NCBI GenBank assembly: GCA_003693705.1
Contig: RBZT01000711.1
Location: forward strand, 1 to 64,000
Source of the DNA: Polymyxa betae A26-41
Lineage: Eukaryota > Protista > Endomyxa: Phytomyxea
Direction of reading: 5' to 3'
Length of the DNA: 64,000 nt
Shown: piece after piece, positions 62,470-64,000 of the stretch
Position numbering within the stretch: position 1 is the first letter of the stretch
Layout of the letters: every line of letters begins with the position of its first letter
Made by a program: the position numbers and the translations under genes
The notes under the pieces: generated by a model
The model's input: only the letters and a program-made list of their open reading frames with translations
Databases searched by the model: none
What the model was told of the DNA's origin: nothing

Positions 62470-62870
62470 GCGCAGGCTTCAAGTACAAAAAATGATTCAG
62501 CTGTCGCGCCATGCTTGACAAAACTGGAGTCGTAGGACGTTGGTTAATATGATGAAAGAGATGGATTACTGGTGCGCTTGTTTGGATGTACTGAGCGATT
62601 TTCAAGTGCTGCTGCAGGAAGCTTTTTGTGGTAATTACGGTTAGGTCCAGTATTTGAAATGCTAACACAGTCCAGAAGAAATAACGCTGTTATCAGGACC
62701 ATCTCAAATAAGCCTCCCCATTGTCCTGGTTTAAGAATGTGCCTCCGTGCGTACTCATTCAAGGATTTGCTTTCAGGAGAGGTCAATGGAGAAAGTCTAT
62801 CGTAAGCCTTTTGTGCTAATTCTCGTCCGTCACGAATGCAAAACTCAGCGATTCTGTTCCGCAGCAATTT
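62470..62870 (-). pseudogene. OTU-like cysteine protease domain fragment
   Basis: LRNRIAEF..EYARRHILKPGQWGGLFEM and downstream IHLFH..NHFLYL. Confidence 0.6.
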
Positions 62871-63403
62871 TCATGATTTCAATGTGTATCAACTTATATT
62901 TTCTCCTAATGAAGTAATAAATACTGCGACACTGCGCACTATTTAAACCACATTGCGATACTACGCAAATGGTAACATAAGGGTTTCAAGTCAAGACCGC
63001 CGGAAGCTGAAGGCCCCCAAGCCCTGAATCACCTTCCGTCGGAATAGCGTCACGGACATGCGTCACGGACCGCGGAACTACCTGGAAGAATTACAGTTTG
63101 ATTGAATTACCATTACGATTTTACAGCACTAACTCCAACGACTATCACGTTTTAGTAGAAGTGCTATAAATGGAATCAAACCTGTATTACTCATTTTCAG
63201 TTTGCTATCAGGGCAATCGGCTAACAGATCGCTACCGGAAAGTATTGCTGCCGTTGACATGCAAACCATGGCGGTAGAAGTTGGCGATTTCTTCCATAGT
63301 CGATTCAACAAGTTATCTGAATTGCTAAGACGTGACCCAAGAAAAACGAATAATTAAAGATAACCCGAAAACCCCCCTAACCCAAACCTGCCACCTCTAA
63401 GCT

Positions 63404-63453
63404 AGGCGACAGCAACTGTAACCAGGCGACAGCAACTGTAACCAGGCGACAGC
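63404..63453. repeat. Tandem repeat, 2.5 x 20 bp (AGGCGACAGCAACTGTAACC)
   Basis: Seen directly. Confidence 0.9.
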
Positions 63454-63802
63454 CGTCACCTCCCAGTGGACCCAATGCCCAATGGGCTGGTCTGGCCGTC
63501 TAGGTCAAGTCTGTAACTGACTGTTTTTATGCCATGGTGGGCTCCCTTGGTCTTTGTGTCACTGGGTGTAATGAGGTCGAGGCCAAAAACGGGCCTGGTT
63601 AGTTATTTTGATGGGTTAGATATACCGTAACTTATAGGTCTACGGTACGCGTGTACCGATCTGAGGTACGAGACAGTTGATCATAGTCTGTATTAATTGC
63701 GTAAGGACGGAAATAGCGTAGGAGGGCTTCGCTAAGAGACTGGTTCAAGTAGAAAAATTGCGGGAAAACAATTGCGGGAATAAAAATTCCAGTGAAAAAG
63801 TA

Positions 63803-63866
63803 GCAGCCTCCGGAAATGGCGGCCCCGCTATTTCGTGATAGCGGGGCCCCCATTTCCGGAGGCTGC
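63803..63866. repeat. 29-bp GC-rich inverted repeat (hairpin)
   Basis: Arms 63803-63831 and 63838-63866 are 28/29 complementary; 6-nt loop. Confidence 0.9.
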
Positions 63867-64000
63867 GCGCTGTTTCTCTGCTGCCGTCTTGGCGTCTCTG
63901 GGTAGGCAGTTTCGAGCGACCATGTCGTCATCATCTGTTCCAGCTGAGCCGGCGGAAACTTCCACGCCTGTCTGCAGCACTCCTGCTACCAAGCGCCGTG

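Larger units (their letters stand above)
57800..62870 (-). mobile_element. pogo-like transposase pseudogene with extended N-terminus, interrupted by Copia-D
   Basis: NGDETF, GLIWDRAAAH and GVTSAMK|VGDV (intron 58085-58133) catalytic motifs; GKPTGYPEQE CENP-B-like HTH; TIRs not identified. Confidence 0.8.

Noticed and set aside
63404-63453. CRISPR-like direct repeats
   Set aside because: Head-to-tail units with no spacers, no cas genes, eukaryotic context

Overview
This is eukaryotic DNA, with short (about 48-57 nt) GT-AG introns and no prokaryotic features. It looks like a protist, perhaps plasmodiophorid- or oomycete-like, but that assignment is tentative. Almost the whole window is a nested transposable-element graveyard with no intact host gene. 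Copia LTR elements: two full-length with LTRs and TSDs (11688-16114, 24063-28807), one split into three pieces (22670-34624) and two truncated. Gypsy elements: a Tf1/sushi-like element with paired LTRs and TTAAT TSD (38581-54494), plus chromodomain-bearing elements and remnants. DNA transposons: PIF/Harbinger elements and Tourist-like MITEs, a DD39D mariner, a long-insert Tc1-like transposase, pogo elements, a CACTA remnant and a spliced MULE-like element. Insertion order can be read from TSDs and interrupted reading frames, down to five levels of nesting. The most unusual points are: (1) three Copia PBSs match the anticodon arm of tRNA-Lys(CUU), suggesting half-tRNA priming; (2) a Gypsy has an 11-nt self-priming PBS; (3) an OTU-like protease domain lies upstream of a pogo transposase; (4) a MULE-type transposase has short CAG-starting TIRs and no 8-10 bp TSD; (5) a single-LTR Copia is flanked by a 101-bp target duplication. 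Coordinates were counted by eye and may be off by a few bases. Some frameshifts may be sequencing indels.
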